Below, in pieces: positions 9,471 to 18,380 of a stretch of DNA of 64,000 nucleotides (position 1 is its first letter; every line of letters starts with the position of its first letter). The DNA is from Acidimicrobiales bacterium (GTDB lineage: Bacteria > Actinomycetota > Acidimicrobiia > Acidimicrobiales > WLNW01), in the NCBI GenBank assembly GCA_039915945.1, contig JBDSMH010000049.1, forward strand, positions 5,627-69,626, in the 5' to 3' direction. The notes beneath the pieces were generated by a model. The model ran no database searches, was not told where the DNA came from, and was given only the letters and a program-made list of their open reading frames with translations. The position numbers were made by a program, and so were the translations under genes.

Positions 9471-10379
9471 ATGGTCCGCACCTACGACCACCACGACTTC
9501 GACCCCGTGACACTGCTCGAAGCCAAGGGAGACCAGCGCATCTCGGTGTGCCTCCCGGCGCGCAACGAGCAGGCAACGGTCGGCACGATCGTCGGCCGAC
9601 TGCGGGACGCGCTCGTCCATCGCGTCCCCCTCGTCGACGAGATCCTCGTGATGGACGACGGTTCCTCCGACGCCACCCGTCAGGTCGCCTCGGACGCGGG
9701 GGCGGTCGTCGTCGATGCCGCGAGCACGTTGCCCGACCACGGCATCGGCCCCGGCAAGGGCATGGCCATGTGGAAGACGATCTACGCGTCGAGCGGCGAC
9801 ATCGTCGTGTGGTGCGATGCCGACGTGACCAACTTCGCTCCGCACTTCGTCACCGGCCTTCTGGGCCCATTGCTCACCGACGCGGACGTCGCGTACGTCA
9901 AAGGCTTCTATCGCCGTCCACTGAGCGCGGCGGGCGACGGGGGCGGCCGTGTCACCGAGTTGGTGGCGCGCCCGTTGATGTCGATGTTCTTCCCGGAGTT
10001 GACCGCGTTCATGCAGCCGCTGTCGGGCGAATACGCAGGGCGTCGATGGCTGTTCGAAAAGGTGCCGTTCGTCGCCGGCTATGGCGTGGAGGTCGGGCTC
10101 CTCATCGACATCGCCGCGGGATGGGGAATCGACGTGATGGCGCAGGTAGATCTCGGTACGCGGCTGCACCGCAACCGCACGTTGAAAGAGCTGGGCCCCC
10201 AGGCGATGACGATCATGCAGGTCATCTTGCGCCGAGCCATGCCGGGCGCGGTTGCCGAGGCCGGCGAACTGATCCGGCCGGGCATGGCACCGGCGCCGGT
10301 CCACGCGCACGAATTGCCCCCGATGCACACAGTGGCGCCGTATGCAAAGAGTCGCAGCGACGGCCCGAAGTTTTCCTAA
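9471..10379 (+). CDS. gpgS: glucosyl-3-phosphoglycerate synthase (GT81)
   Basis: 302 aa from the ATG at 9471. 'ISVCLPARNEQATVGTIV', 'ILVMDDGSSDAT', 'CDADVTNF', 'PLSGEYAGRR', 'GYGVEVGLLID'. These are close to mycobacterial GpgS as I recall it. The start is uncertain (the ORF opens at 9327). Confidence 0.75.
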   Translation: MVRTYDHHDFDPVTLLEAKGDQRISVCLPARNEQATVGTIVGRLRDALVHRVPLVDEILVMDDGSSDATRQVASDAGAVVVDAASTLPDHGIGPGKGMAMWKTIYASSGDIVVWCDADVTNFAPHFVTGLLGPLLTDADVAYVKGFYRRPLSAAGDGGGRVTELVARPLMSMFFPELTAFMQPLSGEYAGRRWLFEKVPFVAGYGVEVGLLIDIAAGWGIDVMAQVDLGTRLHRNRTLKELGPQAMTIMQVILRRAMPGAVAEAGELIRPGMAPAPVHAHELPPMHTVAPYAKSRSDGPKFS

Positions 10380-10488
10380 AGACGTCCACCGTGCGCGCCG
10401 AAAGGACTTTCGTAGGCCAAGCGGCTCACCACGGTGGGCCGGGCGGCCTACCGGGAGTCCCCGCCCGCCTCAACGAAAGGAGGGGGAC

Positions 10489-10704
10489 ATGACAACAGCA
10501 ACCCTCCAACCTGAAACCGAGCTACGACGAGACGATCTTCGTCTCGCCGAACTGGTCGGCTTCCTCGCCGGCTATCCGACCCTCGACGTGCTCGAGGTCA
10601 TCCAAGCCCACGACGAACCCGATCCGCTGGCGCGAGTGGCTCACGCGCTGCTGCAGATCAAACAACTCAACCGTTACAACGTCGTGCTGCCAGCCACTCG
10701 CTGA
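10489..10704 (+). CDS. hypothetical 71-aa protein
   Basis: The ATG is preceded by a strong SD (GAAAGGAGGGGGACATG). Its 3' end overlaps the convergent glycerate kinase by 38 nt. No motif recognised. Confidence 0.45.
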   Translation: MTTATLQPETELRRDDLRLAELVGFLAGYPTLDVLEVIQAHDEPDPLARVAHALLQIKQLNRYNVVLPATR

Positions 10705-11710
10705 CTGCCTGCTCGACACATTCGAGCGTGTCCGACAAGGCGCGCTCGCGACCGAAACGCGTCGCCAATGCCACGGTCTCGACCCTCGTATCGGCGTCGT
10801 CGTAGACGTCGCCCACGATGGCCAACACCGGAACGCCGACTTGTGCCGCCAGCTCGACGACGCCGCCCACGACCTTGCCGTCGAAGGACTGCTCGTCGAG
10901 GAATCCTTCGCCGGTGATGACGAGGTCGACGTCGCGGATGCGTTCGGCCAATGCGAGTTCGTCGGCCACCAACGCGAACCCGTCGACGAGCTTGGCCCCG
11001 ATCGCGGCGAGACCGCCGGCGAGACCGCCGGCGGCGCCCGAACGAGGCAACGCCACGACGTCGACGCCGTACTCGTCGCGAAAGACCTGCGCCAGCCGTT
11101 CGAGCCGGCGCTGTAGCAGCGTCACCTGTGTGGGTGACGCTCCCTTTTGCGGTGCGAACACGGCGGCCGCGTCGACGAACGTCGTGCGCACGTCGCACGC
11201 CACGATGATCTCGATGCCCCGCAGTCGCGGCAACGGATACATCGCCCGCAGTGCGCCGAACCCGCCATCGGTCGTGGCCGACCCGCCCACGCCCACCACG
11301 ATGCGGCGTGCGCCGGAGTCGATGGCGTTGGCGATGAGCTCACCCGTTCCGGTCGTCGACGCCGCGAGCGGATCGTTCTTGTCGGCCCCACCGAGCAGGC
11401 TCAAACCGGACGCCGCGGCCATCTCGATGACAGCCGTACCGGCCACGAGACGCCACGGTGCGGTGACTGCATCGCCGAGCGGGCCCGTGACGAGGCTCGA
11501 CCGGTTCGAGCCGCCCAACGCCTCGAGGGTGCCTTCGCCGCCATCGGCCAATGGGCATTCGTCGCATTCGGCACCCGCGAGCGCCGCCCCGCGAGCGATG
11601 GCTGCCGCGATGTCGCGCGCGGTGCCCGTGCCGCGGAACTTGTCCGGTGCCGCGAGTACCCGAAAAGGGGGTTTTTGCGCCTTTTCGCGTGGAGGGCGGC
11701 GTGACGTCAC
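10667..11710 (-). CDS. glxK: glycerate kinase
   Basis: 347 aa. 'APDKFRGTGTARDIAAAI', 'PLADGGEGTLEAL', 'GVGGSATTDGGFG', 'ITGEGFLDEQS'. Confidence 0.8.
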   Translation of the reverse strand: MTSRRPPREKAQKPPFRVLAAPDKFRGTGTARDIAAAIARGAALAGAECDECPLADGGEGTLEALGGSNRSSLVTGPLGDAVTAPWRLVAGTAVIEMAAASGLSLLGGADKNDPLAASTTGTGELIANAIDSGARRIVVGVGGSATTDGGFGALRAMYPLPRLRGIEIIVACDVRTTFVDAAAVFAPQKGASPTQVTLLQRRLERLAQVFRDEYGVDVVALPRSGAAGGLAGGLAAIGAKLVDGFALVADELALAERIRDVDLVITGEGFLDEQSFDGKVVGGVVELAAQVGVPVLAIVGDVYDDADTRVETVALATRFGRERALSDTLECVEQAVSEWLAARRCNG

Positions 11711-11717
11711 GCCGCCA

Positions 11718-12314
11718 CTATCCCACCTTTGCCTCTTTATCGGCGCCCAGGATGATCACGATGTTGGCGCCCTGCGCCTTGTTGGCGATGGCTTGATCGA
11801 GCTTGTCGGCCAGGCTGGCCGGCAGCGCTTGCACGACGTTGGCGCTCGCCCCGAGGAACACCGCCAGCGCCCGCGCGTCTTCTTGATAGGTGTCGCGGTA
11901 GTAGATCAGGGTGTTGGCCTGACCCGGCTTGGCGTTGTCGGGGCCGAGCGATGCGTAGCTTCCGGTGACGAGCTTTTGCGATACTTGCGTCGCATAGCCG
12001 TCGACGCCCGAGCCGTTGGCGACGAGCACCCTGACTTGGCTGGCCTGGCGCGTCACGCCGATCGGCGTCGTCGCGCCGGGCGTCGTCACCGGGCTCCTGG
12101 TCGTCACCGTGCCTGGCTTCAACGTCGTCGACGTCGTGGCCCGCGTGCTGGTGCCGGTGCCGGCGTTGACGGCGCCGGTGTCATTGTCGTCGTTGTGGCC
12201 GCGCCAGATGAGCAGGGCCCCGATGATCACCGCGACGGCGACGAGGAGCGCGCCGCGCAGCGCAGCGTCGCTGGCAGACCGCCCGAATCCCTCACCCCGC
12301 CGCGTTGCTGTCAT
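11718..12314 (-). CDS. LytR_C domain membrane-anchored protein
   Basis: 198 aa. It has an N-terminal TM helix, a Thr/Pro-rich linker, and 'VRVLVANGSGVDGYATQV...TLIYY' (LytR C-terminal domain pattern). Confidence 0.7.
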   Translation of the reverse strand: MTATRRGEGFGRSASDAALRGALLVAVAVIIGALLIWRGHNDDNDTGAVNAGTGTSTRATTSTTLKPGTVTTRSPVTTPGATTPIGVTRQASQVRVLVANGSGVDGYATQVSQKLVTGSYASLGPDNAKPGQANTLIYYRDTYQEDARALAVFLGASANVVQALPASLADKLDQAIANKAQGANIVIILGADKEAKVG

Positions 12315-12595
12315 CGCCCAGGACGCTCCTCGATTGGACGACCTTCGAAGCGTGCCCGCCGTCGCCGGTCTCGTTGGCGGCGTAGCCGCCGTACAACGAG
12401 GGGATCATACGCAAGCGCACCAGAAAGATCGATCACCTCGTTCAACAACTGGTAGTAGCGAGTCGCCGAAAGCTCGAAGCGATCCCTGATCGCGCGCTCC
12501 TTCGATCCCGGCTCGGACCACCATGTGCCCTCGAAATCGAGGATGGCACGTTCCCGTTCGGTCAACTGACGTTCTGACGGCTCCATTGCACCCAA
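12311..12595 (-). CDS. DUF3263-family small protein
   Basis: 94 aa. 'LTERERAILDFEGTWW...GSKERAIRDRFELSATRYYQLLN' is characteristic of the actinobacterial DUF3263 family. 4-nt overlap with the LytR_C gene. Confidence 0.7.
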   Translation of the reverse strand: MGAMEPSERQLTERERAILDFEGTWWSEPGSKERAIRDRFELSATRYYQLLNEVIDLSGALAYDPLVVRRLRRQRDRRRRARFEGRPIEERPGR

Positions 12596-12673
12596 GCCTG
12601 GCCGACCGGAGGGGTCGATACAAGGATGCTCGGCAGCTATGAAATGACGCGAGCGAGTACGGCCAGGCGGGAG

Positions 12674-12746
12674 AGCCGGGTGCGGGAGTCGAACCCGCGA
12701 CCTTCGACTTACAAGGTCGTTGCTCTGCCGACTGAGCTAACCCGGC
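12674..12746 (-). tRNA. tRNA-Thr (anticodon TGT)
   Basis: Cloverleaf read by hand: GCCGGGT acceptor, GCTC/GAGC D-stem, anticodon loop CTTGTAA, T-arm GCGGG-TTCGACT-CCCGC. No CCA is encoded. Confidence 0.85.
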
Positions 12747-12789
12747 GAGTGGCCCACGATAGTGGTCGCGCCGCGCGGATAGGCCGCCT

Positions 12790-12948
12790 TTAGCTGTCGG
12801 CGGCCTTGTCGGTCGCCGCATCGCCGCTGTCGTCGGGCGCGGTCTCGGCCTCGCTGGCCCCGCCCTCGGCGGCCGCCTTACGCGCCGCCTCTTCTTCATC
12901 TTCCTTCTTCTTCTGCGCGGCGTAGCGCAGGCCCGAGATCATGTCCAT
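12790..12948 (-). CDS. possible 52-aa Lys/Glu/Ala-rich acidic micro-protein
   Basis: ATG at 12948, TAA at 12790. 'MDMISGLRYAAQKKKEDEEEAARKAAAEGG...'. It starts 9 nt downstream of the LLM gene. No clear SD. It is below the ORF-track cutoff. Confidence 0.3.
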   Translation of the reverse strand: MDMISGLRYAAQKKKEDEEEAARKAAAEGGASEAETAPDDSGDAATDKAADS

Positions 12949-12957
12949 GGTGGTGCC

Positions 12958-14127
12958 CTACTTTCCGAACAGCGCCTTGTAGTCGACCCGATGACCGCGC
13001 CGCTCGAGCTCGGGGATCACCTTTGTACCGAGAAGTTCGAGATTGCGCATGACCTTCTCGTGCGGCAGCGTGCCGAACTGTACGTAACACAGCAGTTGGT
13101 CGACGCCCGCTTCTTCGTAGCGCAAGATCTTCTCGACACACTCTTCGGGTGTCCCGACGATGATCATGTCTTCGTCGGTATAGCGCTGGACGTCGATGTT
13201 GCCCTCGATCGAGGCACTGAGCAGTGGGAAGACCGCATCTCGCTCTTCGGCGCTGAGGTTGGGCAGCTCCCACGTGAGCGTGAACTCGGCGAGGTGCTGG
13301 TACCACCAACGAACCGAATCCCACAGCCCGTACCCGGCCGCTTCTTCCAGGTCGTCGGTGCAGTGCACGAGTGTGTACGCGCCGACACGATCGTTCTTGA
13401 CCCGCGTCAGAGGCGGATGGCCCTCTGCTTGTGCGTCTCGGTAGACCTGGATGTGCTTGGCCATCGCCTCGACCGGTTGCAACAACGCGAACGAGAGAAG
13501 CCCGCAACCATTGCGACCCGCATTGGCCGCGGACGCTTCGCCCGCTGCCGCGAGCCAGCACGGCGGGTGAGGATCTTGAAAGGGCTTGGGTGTCTGCATG
13601 CGCTCGGGCATCTGCAGCAGGTCGCTGTCCCAGCTGAAGCGTTCTTGCTCCCACATCTTGACGACGATCTCGACGGCTTCGCGCCACATCGCGCGTGAGC
13701 GATCGTCGGCCGGCACGTGAAACGCCAACTGCTCCATCGGCGTCGAGCGACCCGTGCCCCATTCGACGCGGCCGTGCGAGAGAATGTCGACGGCCGCGAC
13801 CTTCTCGGCGACGCGCGACGGGTGCTGAAACCCGGGCGGCATCAACACGACACCGAAGCCGAGGCGAATGTTCTTGGTGATTCGCGACAGCGCGCCGAGC
13901 ATCACTTCGTTCGATGGGCAGGCAGAGCGCCCATCACGGAAGTGGTGCTCTACGAACCACACCGTCTGAAAGCCGAGCGAGTCGGCGAGGACGACTTCGT
14001 GAATGGCCTCTTCGTACGCGGCCTGCTCGGCTTCGCGCTGGCCGTATGGATGGGGCTTGGCCCACGGCTTGATCTTCGGCTGGAGCTCATAGAGAAGGTC
14101 GAGCTTCACGAATCCCCCGATGTCCAT
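12958..14127 (-). CDS. LLM-class (luciferase-like) flavin/F420-dependent oxidoreductase
   Basis: 389 aa. 'LGFQTVWFVEHHF', 'RLGFGVVLMP', 'DILSHGRVEWGTGRS', which fit the bacterial luciferase-like TIM-barrel pattern. Confidence 0.75.
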   Translation of the reverse strand: MDIGGFVKLDLLYELQPKIKPWAKPHPYGQREAEQAAYEEAIHEVVLADSLGFQTVWFVEHHFRDGRSACPSNEVMLGALSRITKNIRLGFGVVLMPPGFQHPSRVAEKVAAVDILSHGRVEWGTGRSTPMEQLAFHVPADDRSRAMWREAVEIVVKMWEQERFSWDSDLLQMPERMQTPKPFQDPHPPCWLAAAGEASAANAGRNGCGLLSFALLQPVEAMAKHIQVYRDAQAEGHPPLTRVKNDRVGAYTLVHCTDDLEEAAGYGLWDSVRWWYQHLAEFTLTWELPNLSAEERDAVFPLLSASIEGNIDVQRYTDEDMIIVGTPEECVEKILRYEEAGVDQLLCYVQFGTLPHEKVMRNLELLGTKVIPELERRGHRVDYKALFGK

Positions 14128-14150
14128 TGAGCTTCGTTGAAACAGCGACC

Positions 14151-14972
14151 CTATGACCCGAGGTCGACACGGTCAACCCGCAGCACCAGCGCGCACCAAC
14201 CGTCTTCGTGCTGCGATCCGACGCGCGCAGCCCGGTACCACGACTCGACCTCGACGGCCTGTGCATCGAGCATCCCCGCGACGATCACGAAACGCCGCGC
14301 CACGCGGCGCACACCTTCGGCAACTTCGCGATGAACCGAAGGCAAGACATTGGCCACGACGACATCGAACTCGTCGGTGACGTCGTCGATCGTCGCGACG
14401 CGAGCGCGAATCTTTTCACCGACCCCGTTGCGCCGGGCATTGTCGATCGTCGCTTCGACCGCACCGATCTCGACATCGATGGCCTCGATGCGCGGCGCGC
14501 CGAGCGCCGCGGCGGCAACCGAAAGCACACCGCTGCCGCAACCGAGATCGAGCACCGCGCTCGCTCCGAGGTCCAACTCTTGCAGCAGCGACAGCGCCAA
14601 TCGTGTCGACGCGTGGGCACCGCTGCCGAACGCGCGCTGCGGGTCGATCACGATTTCGATCGCACCGGGTGGCGGCGAGGCCTCGACCCACGAGGGGCGA
14701 ACGAACAACCTACCGACCGACCACGGGCGGGCGAATTGCCGCCATTTGTCGAGATACGCGTCGTCGAGAACTTCGAGGATCGTCGAAGGCGCGCTCAGCT
14801 CGGCCGCGGCCGCACGCGCGTCGGACTCGTTCTCGAAGCCGACAACGACGTCGTCGTCGCGTTCTTCGATGCCAGAGATCGAATGGCACCACAGCGCACC
14901 GATGAGCAGCTCACGTTGCGCGCCGTCGAGCGCGCGCCAATCGACGACGAGTTGCCAACCGTGCCCACTCAC
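14151..14972 (-). CDS. prmA: ribosomal protein L11 methyltransferase PrmA-like (class I SAM MTase)
   Basis: 273 aa from the GTG at 14972, which overlaps the rlmB stop (GTGA). 'IDPQRAFGSGAHASTRLAL', 'VLDLGCGSGVLSVAAAALGA', 'DVVVANVL'. The upstream ORF-track extension lies inside rlmB. Confidence 0.7.
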   Translation of the reverse strand: MSGHGWQLVVDWRALDGAQRELLIGALWCHSISGIEERDDDVVVGFENESDARAAAAELSAPSTILEVLDDAYLDKWRQFARPWSVGRLFVRPSWVEASPPPGAIEIVIDPQRAFGSGAHASTRLALSLLQELDLGASAVLDLGCGSGVLSVAAAALGAPRIEAIDVEIGAVEATIDNARRNGVGEKIRARVATIDDVTDEFDVVVANVLPSVHREVAEGVRRVARRFVIVAGMLDAQAVEVESWYRAARVGSQHEDGWCALVLRVDRVDLGS

Positions 14973-15826
14973 ACGCGTCGGCGCGTGACCTCGAAGCAGG
15001 CCAACGCACCCGCCACCGAGACGTTGAGAGAGTTGAGCCGGCCCCGCAAGGGGATCGACACCAACACGTCGCAGCGTTGCCGCACGAGCTTTGACAAACC
15101 CGCTCCTTCGGCCCCCAACACCAACGCGACCGCGGCATTGGCCAGCGTGAGATCGAACAGCGATGTCGATGCCGCGGCATCGAGGCCGACCGTCCACACG
15201 TCGCGCGCCGACAGCGCGGTGAGGGCACCGGCCATGCCGGGCACCGTCGCCATCCGCAGATGTTCGATGGCGCCGGCAGCCGACTTGGTGACCGTCGGCG
15301 TCACGTGCGCGGCCCGGTGCCGGGGCAAGATCACTCCGGTCACGCCCGCGCATTCGGCCGTGCGCAACAGCGCGCCGAGGTTGCCAGGATCGGTGACTCC
15401 GTCGACCAGCAGTAGGAACGGCTTGTTGCCGTTCGCGTCGCGACTCACCAACTCGTCGAGTTCGTGTTCACGCAACGGCGCCGCGAATGCGAGCACGCCT
15501 TGCGGCGCATCGGTGCGCGCCATGGATTCGAACTTGTTGCGCCCTACCTCGCGGATGCGCACCTTGTTCTCGTCGGCGAGTTGCAGGATGTCGTCGATGA
15601 TCGGCGCCGGGTCGAGGTCGCTGGCCAAGAGGACTTCGCGCGTGCGTCGGGTGCCTGCCAGCAACAATTCGCGGACCGCATGGCGGCCCTCGACCTGTTC
15701 GCCGCCGAGCGCGCGGGCACGCGAGGCCACATCGCGACGGATCGGCGTCGACCCGCGCTGACCCCTACCGCGCGGCGGCGCGGCGTTGGTGCCGCGGCCG
15801 CGGGCAGGCGGGCGCCGGCTGGTCAT
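14969..15826 (-). CDS. rlmB: 23S rRNA 2'-O-methyltransferase, TrmH/SpoU family (RlmB-like)
   Basis: 285 aa from the ATG at 15826 (ATGA overlap with ispF). Basic Arg/Gly N-tail. 'VEGRHAVRELL', 'DGVTDPGNLGALLRTAECAG', 'LVLGAEGAGLS', 'IPLRGRLNSLNVSVA'. Confidence 0.8.
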   Translation of the reverse strand: MTSRRPPARGRGTNAAPPRGRGQRGSTPIRRDVASRARALGGEQVEGRHAVRELLLAGTRRTREVLLASDLDPAPIIDDILQLADENKVRIREVGRNKFESMARTDAPQGVLAFAAPLREHELDELVSRDANGNKPFLLLVDGVTDPGNLGALLRTAECAGVTGVILPRHRAAHVTPTVTKSAAGAIEHLRMATVPGMAGALTALSARDVWTVGLDAAASTSLFDLTLANAAVALVLGAEGAGLSKLVRQRCDVLVSIPLRGRLNSLNVSVAGALACFEVTRRRV

Positions 15827-16341
15827 TGGGTGCTCCCTTCGCGGTGCTGGCCCGCTTCGCTGTGCTGGATGAGGGCGACTGCCCAACATGCGATCCCTTC
15901 ACGCCGACCCAACGCGCCCATCCCTTCGGCTCGCCTTCCCTTGACGCTGACCGGCGCGCCCACCGCGTCGGACAAGATCCGCTGCATCTCGTCGCGATGC
16001 GGGGCCAACTTCGGTTCTTCGCACACGACCGAACAATCGATATTGATCGCCGACCATCCATCCCGGCGCAACTCGCCGGCGACGGTGCGCAACAACTGCA
16101 CGCTATCGGCGCCCGCGTACGCCGGATCGGTGTCGGGGAACCACGAGCCGAGGTCACCCCTGCCCGCCGCACCGAGCAATGCCTCGGCGCACGCGTGGGC
16201 GATCACGTCGGCATCGCTGTGCCCGACGAGCCCACGGGTGCCGTTGATCCGTACCCCGCCGAGCACGAGGCCGCGCGCCGGGTCGGGGCTGAACGCGTGA
16301 ACATCGAAGCCGGACCCCACGCGAAGGTCGTGCGCGGTCAC
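15823..16341 (-). CDS. ispF: 2-C-methyl-D-erythritol 2,4-cyclodiphosphate synthase
   Basis: 172 aa. 'GSGFDVHAF', 'GHSDADVIAHA', 'FPDTDP', 'NIDCSVVCEEPKLAPH'. Confidence 0.9.
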   Translation of the reverse strand: MTAHDLRVGSGFDVHAFSPDPARGLVLGGVRINGTRGLVGHSDADVIAHACAEALLGAAGRGDLGSWFPDTDPAYAGADSVQLLRTVAGELRRDGWSAINIDCSVVCEEPKLAPHRDEMQRILSDAVGAPVSVKGRRAEGMGALGRREGIACWAVALIQHSEAGQHREGSTQ

Positions 16342-16985
16342 GATGCGTCTTCCGCGGCGACGAGCATGCGGGCGACCATCAGATCGTGGGCGGTGGTGAT
16401 CTTGAAGTTGGTCGATTCGCCCGGCACGATCTCCACCTTGCCACCGATCATCTCGACGAGGGTGGCATCGTCGGACGCGTCGGGTTCGTCTCGATGGGCG
16501 GTCCGCAACATCTGCGCTCGGAACGCTTGCGGCGTCTGCACCGCGATCACGCCCGCGCGATCGACGATCCCTCCGTCGATCCGGCGCAACGAGTCGCTCA
16601 CCGGGACCCCGGGCACCGCGGCGTCGGCGCCGGCCACGACCGCGGCGATGACCTGCTCGAACAGCGCATCGGTGGCCAACGGACGTGCGGCGTCGTGCAC
16701 CACGATCACTTCTGCGTCATCCGACACCGCCGCCAGCCCGCCGCGCACCGATCCCGACCGGGTGGCGCCCCCCGCCACGACGACGACGGCGGGATTCGTG
16801 GCGTACTGCGCGCGCAACAGTTCGACATCACTGGCGCTGACCACAACGGCGACTCGGTCCGCGACTCGGCACGCCGTGGCGATCGAACGGTCCACGATCC
16901 GCGACGAACCGAGGCGTTCGTACTGCTTTGGGCCACCGAAGCGGGTTCCTGAGCCAGCGGCGACGATCACAATCCAGACCGACAT
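16338..16985 (-). CDS. ispD: 2-C-methyl-D-erythritol 4-phosphate cytidylyltransferase
   Basis: 215 aa from the ATG at 16985. 'IVIVAAGSGTRFGGPKQY', 'VVHDAARP', 'VQTPQAF'. Confidence 0.9.
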   Translation of the reverse strand: MSVWIVIVAAGSGTRFGGPKQYERLGSSRIVDRSIATACRVADRVAVVVSASDVELLRAQYATNPAVVVVAGGATRSGSVRGGLAAVSDDAEVIVVHDAARPLATDALFEQVIAAVVAGADAAVPGVPVSDSLRRIDGGIVDRAGVIAVQTPQAFRAQMLRTAHRDEPDASDDATLVEMIGGKVEIVPGESTNFKITTAHDLMVARMLVAAEDAS

Positions 16986-17011
16986 CGCACACCTTGTAGC
17001 ATGCGCAACCA

Positions 17012-17671
17012 ATGAACGTGATCTCACTTATGACCAAATCCGAGCTTTTCGCCGGAGTCGACTCGGCGACGCTCGAACGGCTCCGCGACAGTGCCACCGA
17101 ACACCGCCTGCGCCGGGGCGACAAACTGTTCGAGGAGAACGACGTCGCCAACGACCTCTACATCGTGACCAGTGGCCGCATCGCCATTGCGAACAAGTCG
17201 ATCGACGGTCGGGAGTCGATGGTCGCGCTGATGGAGAGCGGTGACCTCTTCGGAGAGATGCCACTGTTCGACTCGCTCGGTCGGTCGGCCGAAGCGCGGG
17301 CGCTCGAGCAATCGGTTGTCGTTTCGGTTCCCTACGAGCCGATCCGCGCGCTCTACGAACAGCGCCCCGAATTGTTGTGGGCCGTGGTGCGGCTACTAGC
17401 GGGCCGTTTGCGCAATATGGACGAGGCGCTCGCAGACGCGGTATTCCTCGATGTCACCGGGCGCACGGCCAAGCGCCTGCTCGAGTTGGCCGGCGAGGCC
17501 GACGAGTTCACACTGCCGATCACTCAAGAAGAACTTGCCGGCATGGTCGGCGCGTCGCGTGAGCGCGTCAACAAGGCGATCGCGGCGTTCATCAAACTCG
17601 GTTGGATCCAACAGGTCGACCGGCGCTACATCATCACCAACCGCAAGCAACTCGAGATCCGCGCCCGGTAG
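17012..17671 (+). CDS. crp: Crp/Fnr-family cAMP-responsive transcriptional regulator
   Basis: 219 aa. cNMP-binding 'LYIVTSGRIAI...GDLFGEMPLFD...RSAEARA' and HTH 'TQEELAGMVGASRERVNKAIAAF'. The second ATG at 17030 aligns better with Crp N-termini. Confidence 0.85.
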   Translation: MNVISLMTKSELFAGVDSATLERLRDSATEHRLRRGDKLFEENDVANDLYIVTSGRIAIANKSIDGRESMVALMESGDLFGEMPLFDSLGRSAEARALEQSVVVSVPYEPIRALYEQRPELLWAVVRLLAGRLRNMDEALADAVFLDVTGRTAKRLLELAGEADEFTLPITQEELAGMVGASRERVNKAIAAFIKLGWIQQVDRRYIITNRKQLEIRAR

Positions 17672-17705
17672 CACGCGATGAGCGCTTGCGCGAACAGCCA
17701 AAGCG

Positions 17706-18356
17706 TCACCCGTTCAGCCAACAAATAGCGCGGGCCCACGCATCGATCGCGTACTGCGCATTGTGTACGGGTCGGTCCGGGTCGTGGACGAATGCATGAT
17801 CCGCACCCTGGTAGCGCACAACGGTGACACCCACTGATTCGAGCTCGTCGACGACGGCCGGCGGTGTGAACGGATCCGCGGTGCCCACGATTGCCAGCAC
17901 TCGCTGCGGATCACCTCGACGCACCGCACCGAGCGGATCGCCCTGCCCGACACCGTGCCAGTTGTCGGGCACGTGGATCATTCCGTAAAACGGAACGTGG
18001 CGATGGAAGCGTCCGGTCTGCACTGCCTTCAGTGTGTACATCCCGCCCATGCAGAACCCGATGATGTTGACGACGGCGCAGCCAGTGGCGCTCGCAGCCG
18101 CCAACACGTCGCCGAGAATCCGTTCATCGTCGAGATCCTTGGCCGCGATCATGCGCTCGTCGCGATCGAGATGTTCGTTGCCGGCGAAGAGCTCGAACGA
18201 GCACACGTTCCAGCGGTTGTCGCGCGCCAGACGCGCACAGTGCTCGTCGAAGAGCGGTCGCAAGCCCATGATGTCGGGGACGAGCACCAGACCGACCGAC
18301 GCGTCGGGCACCGTCACGAGTTCTGCCGGGGTGCCCGAGGCGAACGTGATGCGCAC
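17706..18356 (-). CDS. dienelactone hydrolase family protein
   Basis: 216 aa. Cys nucleophile elbow 'GFCMGG' and C-terminal 'GADHAF' His motif. GTG start. Confidence 0.75.
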   Translation of the reverse strand: MRITFASGTPAELVTVPDASVGLVLVPDIMGLRPLFDEHCARLARDNRWNVCSFELFAGNEHLDRDERMIAAKDLDDERILGDVLAAASATGCAVVNIIGFCMGGMYTLKAVQTGRFHRHVPFYGMIHVPDNWHGVGQGDPLGAVRRGDPQRVLAIVGTADPFTPPAVVDELESVGVTVVRYQGADHAFVHDPDRPVHNAQYAIDAWARAICWLNG

Positions 18357-18380
18357 GGCCCCATTCTGTACGAATTCACC

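Noticed and set aside
17018-17027. The palindrome GTGATCTCAC at the crp start as a possible CRP autoregulatory site.
   Set aside because: The half-sites are separated by 2 nt rather than the 6 nt of TGTGA-N6-TCACA. It also lies inside the probable coding sequence.
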